64,000 nucleotides of DNA from Diadema antillarum (GCF_040938485.1 NW_027270889.1:558001-622000), one strand, 5' to 3'; positions 43,248 to 55,335 are shown, counted from the stretch's first letter. Translations and numbers: made by a program. Notes: generated by a model not told the origin, from the sequence alone.

Positions 43248-45026
43248 ATGGTTAATCCTGTTTCTTTGTTCATTCGAACTGTCATCTGTTTTGGTTGCTG
43301 CTGGACATGTTTTGCAGTGAACACAGTTGAATTGCCCAAATTTAACGGACAGACCATCGATCTAGTCTGTGAACGACCCCAAGGAAGTCTCCAAGAGCCT
43401 TCGATGATATGGAGGTCCGTGAGTTCGGACATCCAACTCACGAGAGACGACTACATTTACCCGAACATTGGGGCGTTGTACACTCGAGTACACTTGTCAC
43501 AGACGTCATCGGCAAATGAGTACAACTTGCAGATCACTGATGCACACGAGAGTGACTCTGGAAAGTATCAGTGCGGTTATGAGTCGCCACAGGGGGCATT
43601 TACAGAAATAACCACTGTAAATGTCGTTGTTCTTGATTCGGAAATAACCCCAGAATGCAGTAGCAGGATATTACCAAGTGATGGACAGGCAGAGGGTGAC
43701 GAGTACGACATCAGTTGCAGATGGTCACGCAATCTGCAAAGTGGTCATGCTTTGATTTTCATAAATGGACAAGAGATAAAACCTGACGCATTACTGTTGG
43801 ACAGTGTGATCGCCCGCGCCGTCTTGACAAGCGATGACGTCGTCACATGTCAGCTGATTGACCCGGTAACCAGTGAGATAAAAACTTGCGAGAAGATCGA
43901 TCTACCACAGGATGGCTTGAAGGTTCGGACGGATCCTCTTGTTGCAGTAGTTTCTGTTGGGGACGATGCTGAATTCAACTGCACTGCTAAGGCGGACCGC
44001 GACATCGAGAGCTACGTTTGGATTCTCAGGGCAGATGCGGTTATCCGATTCCTCGGGCCCAGGATTGGTCGGTTCCGGACTGACGACGGTTCTCGTCGCT
44101 TGACTCTCCTCGCTCTTGAAGAAGAGGACGACATGCTATGGGTGAAATGTTCAGTCACAACAACGGATGGCAGCGTAGTTACGACCATGTCAGTCATACA
44201 CGTGCTGCCAGCAACCGTCGACCCAACGAGACGCGATCCCCAAGAACTGCCGAGGCGAACGACAACGCCAGTGCCGGTGACGTCAACGACGGCGATTGAC
44301 ATCGGGACCCCTATTCGCAATGTCACATACGTTTCCGAGGTTCCGACGCCACTTCCGGTGATCGTTATCTCTCTGGCCGCTGCAGGAGGATTGATTGCAG
44401 TCTTGATCATCTTGGGCGTGGTCTTGCTCCTGATCAGAGCTTTCAGGAGAAACTCCAAGCAGGTTGATGGGAACACAGTCAACACCAGTTGGGTGATGTC
44501 TACCCCGGAGATTGCCATATCGGACGAGGTCCCCGAGCCACGACGCTTCGGCCGCAAAAAGAGCCGCTCCAGCTCTAGAAAATTCCTGTATTCGCGGAGG
44601 AGCAGTAAGAAAAAGAATCGTACCAACGGATCTTTGCCAAACGTATCAACCGGGGTGACGACCCACTTGCCTCCACCTCAAATCATCCCCGATCCACGTG
44701 GTATCTATCAAAATATCCCCAGGAGCACATCCTCCTCATCCCTACAATCTATGCAAAGCAGGAATAAGATGCGTGCCGGGATATCGCACGGGTATGAAGA
44801 CGTAAAACCCGAGCCTCCAGACGTGATCCGCTACAAAAAGCCACGCCCCAGGCACCACCTACAGCTACGCCCTGGGGATGAGGGAGGTTACGCCTGTATT
44901 GAGAACCCCGACGAGGTTCCACCTATAATCTACGCGGATTTGGACCTTTCAGCGAGCCCGCCCGTGACGAATGCCAACAATGAGACTTTTGATCCGAGCA
45001 TCCTTTATGCAAAAGTCAATAAATAA
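43248..45026 (+). CDS. Single-exon type I Ig-superfamily receptor (592 aa): signal peptide, V-set Ig, two further Ig-like domains, Thr/Pro stalk, TM, tyrosine-motif tail with two ITIMs
   Basis: ATG 43248 in good Kozak context (acaATGg) followed by a hydrophobic signal; the upstream ATG at 43143 is less likely. V-set motifs DLVC..W..YNLQI....ESDSGKYQC; TM LPVIVISLAAAGGLIAVLIILGVVLLLI; tail IYQNI, GYEDV, GYACI, IIYADL, ILYAKV. Confidence 0.9.
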   Translation: MVNPVSLFIRTVICFGCCWTCFAVNTVELPKFNGQTIDLVCERPQGSLQEPSMIWRSVSSDIQLTRDDYIYPNIGALYTRVHLSQTSSANEYNLQITDAHESDSGKYQCGYESPQGAFTEITTVNVVVLDSEITPECSSRILPSDGQAEGDEYDISCRWSRNLQSGHALIFINGQEIKPDALLLDSVIARAVLTSDDVVTCQLIDPVTSEIKTCEKIDLPQDGLKVRTDPLVAVVSVGDDAEFNCTAKADRDIESYVWILRADAVIRFLGPRIGRFRTDDGSRRLTLLALEEEDDMLWVKCSVTTTDGSVVTTMSVIHVLPATVDPTRRDPQELPRRTTTPVPVTSTTAIDIGTPIRNVTYVSEVPTPLPVIVISLAAAGGLIAVLIILGVVLLLIRAFRRNSKQVDGNTVNTSWVMSTPEIAISDEVPEPRRFGRKKSRSSSRKFLYSRRSSKKKNRTNGSLPNVSTGVTTHLPPPQIIPDPRGIYQNIPRSTSSSSLQSMQSRNKMRAGISHGYEDVKPEPPDVIRYKKPRPRHHLQLRPGDEGGYACIENPDEVPPIIYADLDLSASPPVTNANNETFDPSILYAKVNK

Positions 45027-47025
45027 TTTTACATTTACTTATCTGTTTTGCCTTTGGATTTCCCGTTGAAGGCGAAGATATGACTTCAAAATGTGAGCAT
45101 AATATGAGCATTAAATATATCAAACAACTTTTAGGAAACGTTTGGACTTGACGTGATGATGAGATATTCTCACCAGTCTCGCAAAGCTGGAGTATACCAC
45201 CTCAGATGTCCGTGTGGTGTTAATGATAACGTCTCCTAAAGAGGAACTGACGCAATGATCAATAAAAATAATGCTTAAGACTACTGGAGTAGCTTCAATT
45301 CCACCACAAATTCCGTACATGAATTATTCCATAAAAATTCGTCTTGTTTTGATCGATACGTCTTGTTATCTATAAGTAATTTGTAAATATAAATTGTATT
45401 TATGTGAAGTGTGTACTTATATTAGAACGCGTTGTTCGTACAAAACAGATAGTCAAAAGAAGTGAAATACTCGTTCCTTGGATTTGTCCCCCGATGCGAG
45501 GAAACCGTTTTAAGAGTTAGTTTGTCACCTGCACTTTGTGTTCGTTGGAACACGTCATATAACTTTGAATTTATTTTCAGTAGAGATTTACTTATAAATC
45601 AAGCGTTTGTCAGGAGCAAGTTTTGCCATGTACAGGCCCTACTTGTAGATGAAAATGTTGTTGCATTACGTCATAGCATACCTTTGTAATTCAATTCCTG
45701 CCGGCGGGTGTGTATTTAGTGTGACATGAATAGTTTGCAACGTGCTTGCTCTTTAATTGTGTAATCTATATAGTTTATATTCCTTGCGAATAAGGATATG
45801 GTGGTCCCTTGACATTTAATGCATTGCATTCAAACAAAGTGTGTGATCAAATCAAAGAAGATAATCGTTGTCCCTTCTCAGTCTTAGGTCATTTGACGCG
45901 GCCATATGCCTGAAGTGACATATATTACGATTCATTACTGCCGTAGGATATCCACTTTGCGATATCAAGTCAGATTAAACCCATGCAATATAGACAGCAC
46001 AGTAGTCAGCCAGAACATTCACCTGTCAAAGGGTAGTAGAACCGGATATCGTCACCTTAAACAGCATCCTGGTTTTGCAGTCAGAACTGGAATTTGCCGC
46101 AACTTCTTTTTGTTGTTGTTATTTTTTTATCTCTCTCCCCTCTTCCTGTCTCTGTCATACAGATATGATCTTATCTTGTGTACAAGTCATGGCATTTCAT
46201 GTGTGCGCGTGTCCGTTTTCATGGAAATATTGCGTTTTGACACTGCAATCGGTGCCGCAGTTTAACTATGACATGTTAACGTGTAAAAAAGAAAAACAAA
46301 GTATGTTGTTTAAGAGGACTAGGTGAGAGCAATGATTCGCCCATAGAGGTTACAGGTTTCCTTGGTACATACGTTCACTTTGTGACGATGCGTCACTTTG
46401 AGTCCGTCTTTGCTCAGTGGCAGTTGAGATTTTTTCTTTTCTTTTTTAGCACTGCTTGGATTTAACCAAAACAAAAATTACAAACTGAAACCTAATTCAC
46501 GTGTACCCTGAAGTTCGGTGAATGCTAATTATGCTATTTTGTCATGATAGCGATTTGCTTGTTAATGTCAAGGTTTTATTGCCAAAAAAAGTGGCGATCG
46601 ATGGTTATCGATGGTAACGTCATTTTCTTTTTTTCCTCTTGATTTGTCTGTTTATCAAAGAGATAGTAACTAATACTCCCCTGTGTCATCAATCCGAGGT
46701 AAATTCATTGTCGATGAGCCATATCATTTCATGCACAATTCATTGTAGCTGACACATGCTCATCAAAATGATGGTTTATGAAAGAATAATTCTATAAATC
46801 GTTGGTAATGTGCTCTTTTGCCATACTCTTTTTTTCTAGATATTTCTAGCGTTTCTCGATTGTGAGTGTTCAGTTAAATAATTGGCCGTCGTTTAGTCAG
46901 TTTTCTTCAACAAATGCATAGTGGAGGTCAGGGATTCCGGTGTATCAGTAGCGAGAAAAAGATCCATGCTTTAAAGAAAATTCAATAACACTTTCTATAT
47001 ATTCCAGTTATATATAAATGGATAA

Positions 47026-47408
47026 AGGGACTGTACAGTACTGGTTGAGGTGAGGGACTCGTGTTTTGAACATTCCTAAGTGAGATAATGAGAAACCTCT
47101 TATGAAATATGAAAGAGCATGTAATTTTAAAAAGGATTCAACGTTTATGTGATGAAAATTGGTTTTCAAATGGCTGAGATATCAAAAAAGTGATAATAAC
47201 AAAAGGCGACAGGCCACAACTTTATTAGGATCTCTTTGTTTCACCTTGTTTTTGGATATCTCAGCCCTTTCAAAACCGATTTTCATGAAATAAACTTTTG
47301 ATACCCCTTATAATTGCATGCTCTTTGACATCTCATAGAGTGGTTTCTGAATATCTCGCAAAACGTTAAAAGCTAAATCCTCGCCTCGACCAGAACTGTA
47401 CACACCCT
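47026..47408. mobile_element. Related MITE with ATAA TSD
   Basis: ATAA|AGGGACTGTACAG ... CTGTACACACCCT|ATAA; body homologous to copy 1. Confidence 0.7.
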
Positions 47409-48939
47409 ATAAAACGAAAATTACGAATACGTACCATTTCATAGTTTGATGATATCTGAAGTTATTCCAACAGACCTTTTGTCTATCGTCATTCTAAGAG
47501 ATTATTAAGGTGCAGTCAACCTTGATTACGTCGAATTCAAAGGAACTTTTATAAATACATTGGCATACTGTGAAGATATATATAATGCGATAACGGCATG
47601 CAGGGAAAATTAATACTGAAAATCTATGGACTAAATTTCGACTTACTTCACTAAAAGTCACACATGTCTGTATCTGTTCGGGTATCACCTTTTGTTTATT
47701 CGACTTAGCCGATTTTAGGACTTGCATGAGGTTAACTGATTATTGATATTATAATGTGGTTGTAAAATGTTGTGATAGTACGTGATATTGTCTTTTTCAC
47801 GTCTATGATGTTAAGTTGAAGTACTATGAAGAGGGAGATTAAATTTAGTTTCCTGTATTGCTGAATCTTTTGATCATGCTCTGCCTTGTCTTTGTTTTTG
47901 GTTACAAGTCTCTTAGATCTTCTGAGATTCATACTTTGAATAATTCACGAAATGCTCCATGAAATTTCAGCAAAGAGAGAAAAAATGAAACAATTTTACG
48001 GTCTACCTTGCTTATTCGTCATAATTCGTCTCAAGTCTGTACAAGACCTATAGAAACCTGGTAACAATTCACATGCTGGTTTGCTTAGCCGCCAAAATGA
48101 GAATGCTGACATTGATTATTCATCTCTATACCTAGATATGAGATACGATGACATGGAGCCTATAACTCCGGTCAAGGTTTGTCTGTTCGCACCCCCCCCC
48201 CCTAATAGTCTGACCCAAAGGCATTGAAAGAAACGAATCCTTCCATGGAGAAGTGTCGCCAGTGATAACGTATTTCATCCGATCGAGCCACGCGATGCAT
48301 CATGTGATTTGCTTTTGTTTGTTTCGTAACATCTACTCTTTGCCTTCCTTATTCTTACTGGCCCAGTTAAAGGAGTCCTCCGGATGATTTTTAGTATAAC
48401 TTATACATATGAGCAACTATAAATTGGTTAAACTGGGTTACACTGAGTTTCAGAATTTGTAGTGATTGGGATGAGGAATAGGAGTGTTTTCAAAATTTAT
48501 AACGAATCACAATGAACGAGGATGATGACACGGCAGTCTCACTACAAGAATGCATGAGTTGGGTTCAAGGAAGCAGAACAAAAGAAGAAAACACGCATGA
48601 ATTCTACACAGGTGAACTTGTTGAGCACGTGGTATTGTTATGGAATTACATTGCTACATTTCTGAAATAATAATTATGTGAGGCTCTTATGTTATCATCT
48701 TCGTTCAGTGTAATTTCTTTTTGGCTTTTCAGAGTATTGATTTCTCTGCTCAAGAACTACAATAAATTCCACAAATCTATGCATGGAGCTGTTTATTTAT
48801 TTACTACAGAGTGTGAAATTATGAAAATCGTCTGGAATGCCCCTTTAAAATGTCACCAACCACCAAACATTGAGGGCCCCATTTCCCGAGAAGACAAAAA
48901 GTAGTAGAAACAGACTTTACGACTTTACTACATTAATGT

Positions 48940-49180
48940 ATGGCTATAAACACGTATATACACGTATACCTTCCACGTACTCGAACAATTTTCGCTAAAA
49001 AAACGATAATGTATACGGGCCCTAGATACTGGAATGACCTCTCCCCCGAAATAACAAGCTGCTCGTCCTTACATTCCTTTAAACGTAAATTAAAAGAGTT
49101 TTTATTGAGTGCATATTTTGCAGACACTGAACAGTCGTAATGTCTTATGTAATACTGTGGTATGTTATTGTCCAATCAAA
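48940..49180 (+). mobile_element. 3' remnant of a CR1/L2/Crack-type LINE ORF2
   Basis: LPRTRTIFAKKTIMYTGPRYWNDLSPEITSCSSLHSFKRKLKEFLL matches the G...WN.LP.......SL..FK..LK..L C-terminal motif of these clades. Confidence 0.7.
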
Positions 49181-49716
49181 CATTTTGTCAACACGTTGCA
49201 GATTCCATTTAGGGTCTTGCCATCGGGCTCTCTGTATTCATCATTAGCAATTCCACATTCTACTTCGTTTCCCTCTCTTCCCCTTTCCCTCTACCCCTCT
49301 CTAATCTTCTATGCAGAGCTTGACGGCAGGCACCAAATGGCTTAATAGTTGTACATGTTACTTTTTGTGTCTTACTGATCATATCCTGGTGAAAGTTTTA
49401 ATGCAACAATAGTTCATAGTATATATACCAAAGTAGGCTGTATAATAATGATGGCTCGGTCACAGTAAGTTCATATTAATGTATAGTTTGTTTGTTTTTC
49501 TTCTTCTTCTTTTTCTTCTTCTTTTTTATTACATAAAATTTGGCAACCTTACATCATCATTCTGGTCTTATCTTCTATCCGTTCTCCGTTTCTTTTTCAC
49601 AAACACTGATTACTCGGGGCTTACAGCCAAACAAGCTATCTTTCATGTAGGTCCCGTCATACTTCTCTTTGATCAACCCCATTTCGATTTCGATTTTGAC
49701 CAGTTATCATTACATG

Positions 49717-49859
49717 TAATTACTGTGTTATCACCATGTATATTGTTTGTTTTCTGCACATTGTTCACAAGGTAAAAGAACTTGTCTGGTTTCTGTTGTA
49801 ATGTTCATAAATGAGAAGTATGAAAATAAATGAATTGAATTGAATAGAATATGACAAAT
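49717..49859 (+). repeat. 143-bp dispersed duplicate (second copy 51565-51707), ending in AATAAA-(TGAAT)n
   Basis: The two copies appear identical by eye; the tail resembles a non-LTR retroelement 3' end. Confidence 0.75.
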
Positions 49860-50149
49860 GGGACGGAGACGTACTTCCTATGGCCGGTATTAAATCTATT
49901 ATTTATTTTGGTGTCTTTGGTGATCTGTATTATAATTAAACCTTTGCTGATTGCCACGATGACTGTTGATCCGACAGGACAAACAATATGTAATAGCTTG
50001 TCCAATGCGCTTCTGTTTTCCAGGTAACCAATTATACCCAAACCATGGCAGCAGTGTTATAATCAGGTTTGCTTTCCAGTTGTAGCTGATATATATTTTG
50101 ATTCTTGTGACCTTTTATATATATATATATATATATGATGATACTTGTA

Positions 50150-50365
50150 GTCCGCGTGTTGGTACCAGTATAGAAAAGACGAAGAAGTAGAGTGGTAATG
50201 CATTTTGACAGTCCGACGGTGCTATTTATTCAGACCAAATTTTCGACGAATACATTCGTCTTCCTCAGGGTCGACAATGACAATTCGTCGAAAATTTGGT
50301 CTGAATAAATAGCACTGTTGAACTGTCAAAATGCATTACCACTCTACTTCTTCGTCTTTTCTATA
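50150..50365. mobile_element. Penelope-like terminal fragment with inverted duplication, inserted in (TA)n
   Basis: Arms ~50169-50252 and ~50283-50365 are near-perfect reverse complements; related fragment at ~51451-51563. Confidence 0.55.
50233..50274 (-). ncRNA. Minimal hammerhead-ribozyme-like motif (Penelope type)
   Basis: Minus strand: GACC-CUGAGGA-A-GACGAAUGUAUUCGUC-GAAA-AUU-U-GGUC. Stem I GACC/GGUC, stem II GACGAAU/AUUCGUC, palindromic AAUU stem III. Confidence 0.5.
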
Positions 50366-50411
50366 TATATATATATGTATATATATGTTATATAAACATG
50401 TGAATGTGTGT

Positions 50412-50445
<34 letters not shown>

Positions 50446-51720
50446 TCATTCAGGCGTTTTCGATCAGCACCATGCCATGTCAAGCTTTAATGTCCCTTTA
50501 AAACAAAACAAAACAAAAAACAAAACAATGGACGGCTCAATGTCAAATAACAACAATTATGTCACCGTCGTTCTTTTCACTAGTGGGCGTTTCCATGAGT
50601 TGCTAAATATGAAATAATCCAGAGCGTTACATTACAGCGAAGAAACAAATAACCAAAGATGCAGCGATCTGCATTGGCCAAAGTGTGTTAAGTAAAGTTC
50701 ATATCAGTACACTCGGTATCTGTACTGCGATTGAAAAACCCACTGTTAACCACAAAATGAGGACCACAGCTAATTACAAAAGCATAATGAACCGCCTACA
50801 TAACTGTATGTTCCTAGGAATTTGGTAACGACGCACGCTCTGTCAGTGGCTTGTTATCAAAGATGGTAATCTCCTTTACAGGCTCCAGGAATATGAAAAC
50901 TATTAAAAAAGTCTCTGGGACTACAAAAACAATCTCCTATTGTCCTCTATTTATGTCCTTTGAATTGAAAACGGAATGCCGAAAATCAATATCGAATGGA
51001 ACTGAACTGAACTGCACTGAGCTGAACTGAAATGAAAGGCGAAAATTTCACTTGTCCCTTGTAGTGTTGCACTATGGCATCATGAGGAAGCTGTTTATAA
51101 AGTAATATACACTCAAAATATTAACTTCAATTTGAAAACTCAGGAGTGTTTTTCATTGCATCCATCACGATTTCCTAAGCTTTTTGGTAAAGTGTCCTTC
51201 ACGAGTTGCAAAGCATTGAATACTCCGAATAATAAAGGTTTCAGGTAAGATATAATAATTCCTGTGTATACTTAAAAGACTCTGGTTAAGATTTTTCAAT
51301 AGGCCTTTATGAACGTTTATGTAATTCATAATGTACATAAATACATATACGTACATACATACATACAATACAATACATTTATATATGTGATATAAAACAT
51401 ACATACACACCCGTGTATATTATATATATATATATATATATGTTGATAAGGTAGTCCACGTGTTGGCAAGATAAAAAGATAAGTAACAAAGCTGCAACAA
51501 AGTTCATGCTGTATTCACCAACGGTTTATTTCTTCACACAAATTTTCGAGCGTCTCGCCGCCCTTAATTACTGTGTTATCACCATGTATATTGTTTGTTT
51601 TCTGCACATTGTTCACAAGGTAAAAGAACTTGTCTGGTTTCTGTTGTAATGTTCATAAATGAGAAGTATGAAAATAAATGAATTGAATTGAATAGAATAT
51701 GACAAATAGTTAATATGGTT

Positions 51721-51751
<31 letters not shown>

Positions 51752-52157
51752 TTCATAATATTATATAATGCAATTCCCATAACTTTTAAGAATTTGCGGC
51801 AATTATCCATACTTTTGTAAACTCAGATATTTCAAGAACTGTCTCAAGAGTGTGAGTCCGTGTGTTTGTATTACGGAATGAGGGAAAACCTGGTGGGGCA
51901 ACAACATGTCACACATTCTGACACCGAAACAAATCACCACCACTAACATGACTAATCAAACTTAAAGTAATGAAAACTTTATTCTTCCCTCGCCTCCTCA
52001 GACGGCATGGTCCCAGCCTCGAGCCATCTTGACTTTCAACCGTGGGCCGAACAGGCCACACCCACTTTGTACCAACATGCATATTCATGACAGTTTGTTT
52101 GTGTTTATTTGTGATTGTGTATTATAGAGTTTTGATAGGAATTATTAGCCGAAACAT

Positions 52158-52577
52158 AATTATGAAGATGGGAGTCATAAGCAATATATCATAATGACAT
52201 CACGGTGGTGTCACATCAAAATTTCACTATCATTTGTCCTTCATAATCTGCATTATAATCATTTTGTCGTAATTTTCGAGGCGAAATAGTTAAATATAGT
52301 GATTTTATACATGTTTCCTCGACCCACATGAATTGTTTTACTTCTATATTTACTTTTAACTCGTAATTTTCGAGGCGAAATAGTTAAATATAGTGATTTT
52401 ATACATGTTTCCTCGACCCACATGAATTGTTTTACTTCTATATTTACTTTTTACCTCGAAAATTACGACAAAATGATTATAATGCAGATTATGAAGGACA
52501 AATGATGGTGAAATTTCGATATGAGACCGCATTGATGTCATTATGATATTACTTATGATTAACCATCTTCGTAAATT
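52158..52577. mobile_element. MITE with ~120-bp TIRs and an internal 94-bp tandem duplication
   Basis: 52232-52281 is a perfect inverted match to 52454-52504; tandem unit starts at 52268 and 52362. Confidence 0.65.
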
Positions 52578-55226
52578 AGGGAAGGAAACCACCAGCAGAC
52601 AATGGTATTAAACTTTAAAGAAGAATTATATCGAAACAACAGGAACATCACAATGCATGTTTAAACCATATATTCCACATCTGCCACACATCCTGTGGAC
52701 ACGAATCGCAATTACACATGCACTTCCTTTTTAGTTAGCCTGGCCTATGACTTCTGTTTGTAATACTTCAGTGCATAATGATACTCTTGGTATACTCGTA
52801 CTATACTGTAGAATGACAAGGGGGGGGGGGTGAGAAAACAGTGACTGATGATTCGTTCTTTGAGACTTCGATACCGACACTTAGTGAAAACAAAAAAAAA
52901 AAAGGTGTAAAAATTATTATGTACCATTCGACTAGTGTGGACTGAGACTAGGCATCATTTGATGACCTGAACACGTTTCTTGATAATCATAAATAACATA
53001 TCCTGGACACCACGTTGCCATTTTAAGGCTCAAATGCAATCTTGCGTAGCTCAATCCTGCAATGTACTGACCCCCCCCTTTTTTTTTTACTTTGGTTTAT
53101 TCCCCCGTTCAGCCTCCGCGACCACTTTCCCTGTCAGTCCGCTCTTCTCAGCTATTTCTCCACCCGACCGGTCCTTTCTCTGCAATTGGGTCATTAGCTG
53201 ATGTAGTCAGGTGGACCGTAGCACGACTTCACCCAGATCAGTAGAAAAGCGGTCATTCATTAATGTGTGTCGAATACCCAATCAAACCACGTGAAATTCG
53301 AATGCACGCGTGACTGCTCACTTTAAAGAACTATCTAATGCGAATTAATGCATGTCGACTTTTTTGGATTCGTAATACGCTCAACATAACTTACATGGCC
53401 AAATGAATATCTTGATACATGCCATATTATTTCATGGTTATATTTTCTACTCATATTCTTCAGATATATGTAGATACACCTCCAAAACACCAATTAACAC
53501 CCATTTACCAATCATGGCTACAGTACTTATTTGATTGGTAAGTACTATGACTAACAGAATACATTTTCATACTAATATGAAACAAAAGACATTGCAGTAA
53601 TCCATAGCAATGATTGACAGATTGGTTTGGAAGATTTTTTTTCCTGTGGGCGTATTCGAGTAACCTGAAGAAAAATAAAGAAGCAGAAATATCTTAATTA
53701 TAGAATCATTATGGCATATACTGAGAATTTCTTTTGGCCACGTGAAGTGGTGACGAGGGTATAATGAATCGATCCAAAAAGGGTCAACATGAATTTTCAC
53801 AGCATTGTCTCTGTAATAAGTAATGAAATCATTATTTGTCTCAATAAATTTACAACATATTTTGATTGATTGATGACATTTAAACGAAGAATTATATCGA
53901 TAGATCTAGCGGTGTAAACCAGTACCTTCATGTAAAACATCGTTGATATAAATATAACAAGCTCTGTGTGTGGTTAGATTTTTAAAATCATTGTGTCCGT
54001 GTAAGATTTATTTAAGTTATTTTGCTTGATTAACGATAATAACAAAGAAGCGTTGATATTTTTAAAGGTAAAAAAAAATCGGATGATGATGATGATTTGG
54101 TTTTGATTATGGGTATTGTTCCCGCCTTACCTCCCCCCCCCCTTCCTTCCCTCACGTACATAAACACACAAACAGAAACACACGCACACATACACTCACA
54201 TACACTCACATACTGTACACTCACAGTCACACGCACATTCTTTTATACTCCATGCCCTTGCCTGATGCGCGTTGACTATGACAAAGGAAACAATGCTTCT
54301 AGAGACAGGTGCATGTATTCAGCACTACAGCAAACTGCGGGATTCCTTTCCCTTGTTTAGCATTTGAATTGATGGTTAGCCCCCCCCCCCCCTTCTTTTT
54401 TTTAAGGGAACGATCCTCAATGACACCTATGTAATTCGTGTGAGCACCGATTATTCAAATGAATACAACATTCCTAATGAAGCCCCCCCCCCACACACAC
54501 ACACACACACACACTCACTAACGCGAAAACATTCCATGGATGCCAATGATACAATATTTCTTCCGTAATGTATACACCTTATGACAACAGACGGACAAAC
54601 AGAACACGCCTGCCGTGTTCGGCTTTGCCTTCCCCACCCGCATTTTGCTGCGCGATTTCTCAAATTGCAATTTATGCAAATGCAGGCCGAATGTATAACC
54701 CATATCTGCCGTGTAGCTTTTAATTTTGTTTTGTTTCAATCACATGATTACCCGAGCGAGAAGGTACAAGCTGGGTAGCTAGTAATAGACAAGTAGGGGG
54801 GGGGGGGGGTGGACAGAGTTAGAGCCTGGTAGACGAAACCCATTTCTAATCCATCACTTTCACTGAGCAGAACTGGAAGCGATGTGTAGGCGCTCTGCTT
54901 CGAGCATCTTCCCGAATAGCGTGATTAAAGCTACATCGTACGGACACAGCAAGTAAGTCTGTACTCGGCTCATGTTACAAATTATCTTCTCTTTCAACGT
55001 TCTGTAGTGTGTTCTCCTCTTGAGTTTCAATTTGCACAGCTGGAGTAACATTAGACACTTCACATTATTGCTCAGTGCGTCGCCTTTTATTTCCAAGAAT
55101 CTGATCCACGCATGTAATATTACCCTCCTCAAGCCTATAGACTATGGACATTGCTGTTACTCCAGTGTGCAGTATGTAGAGTGACCTAAAGTATTATCAG
55201 ACGACCACGCTGCTGGTAGATTTACC

Positions 55227-55335
55227 ATGGAGCTATTCGGATTCAACCTGACAGCCGGGCGGGAAACGTACGTTCCAGGTGACGTGGTCAACGGTGAGAT
55301 CATTCTGCAGTCGAGCGCCTGCGAAGTCGTCGACG
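55227..55335 (+). CDS. Alpha-arrestin (ARRDC-like) first coding exon
   Basis: accATGg start; MELFGFNLTAGRETYVPGDVVNGEIILQ matches the arrestin-N start (Y.PG..V.G.V.L); gac g|GTgagc donor. Confidence 0.75.

Noticed and set aside
48505-48665. PHD-finger-like remnant (AVSLQECMSWVQG...) possibly from LINE ORF1
   Set aside because: Most Cys/His ligands are absent; too degraded to support.
54860-55132. 90-aa minus-strand ORF upstream of the arrestin start
   Set aside because: TTG start, no recognisable domain; probably the 5' UTR or promoter of the + strand gene.
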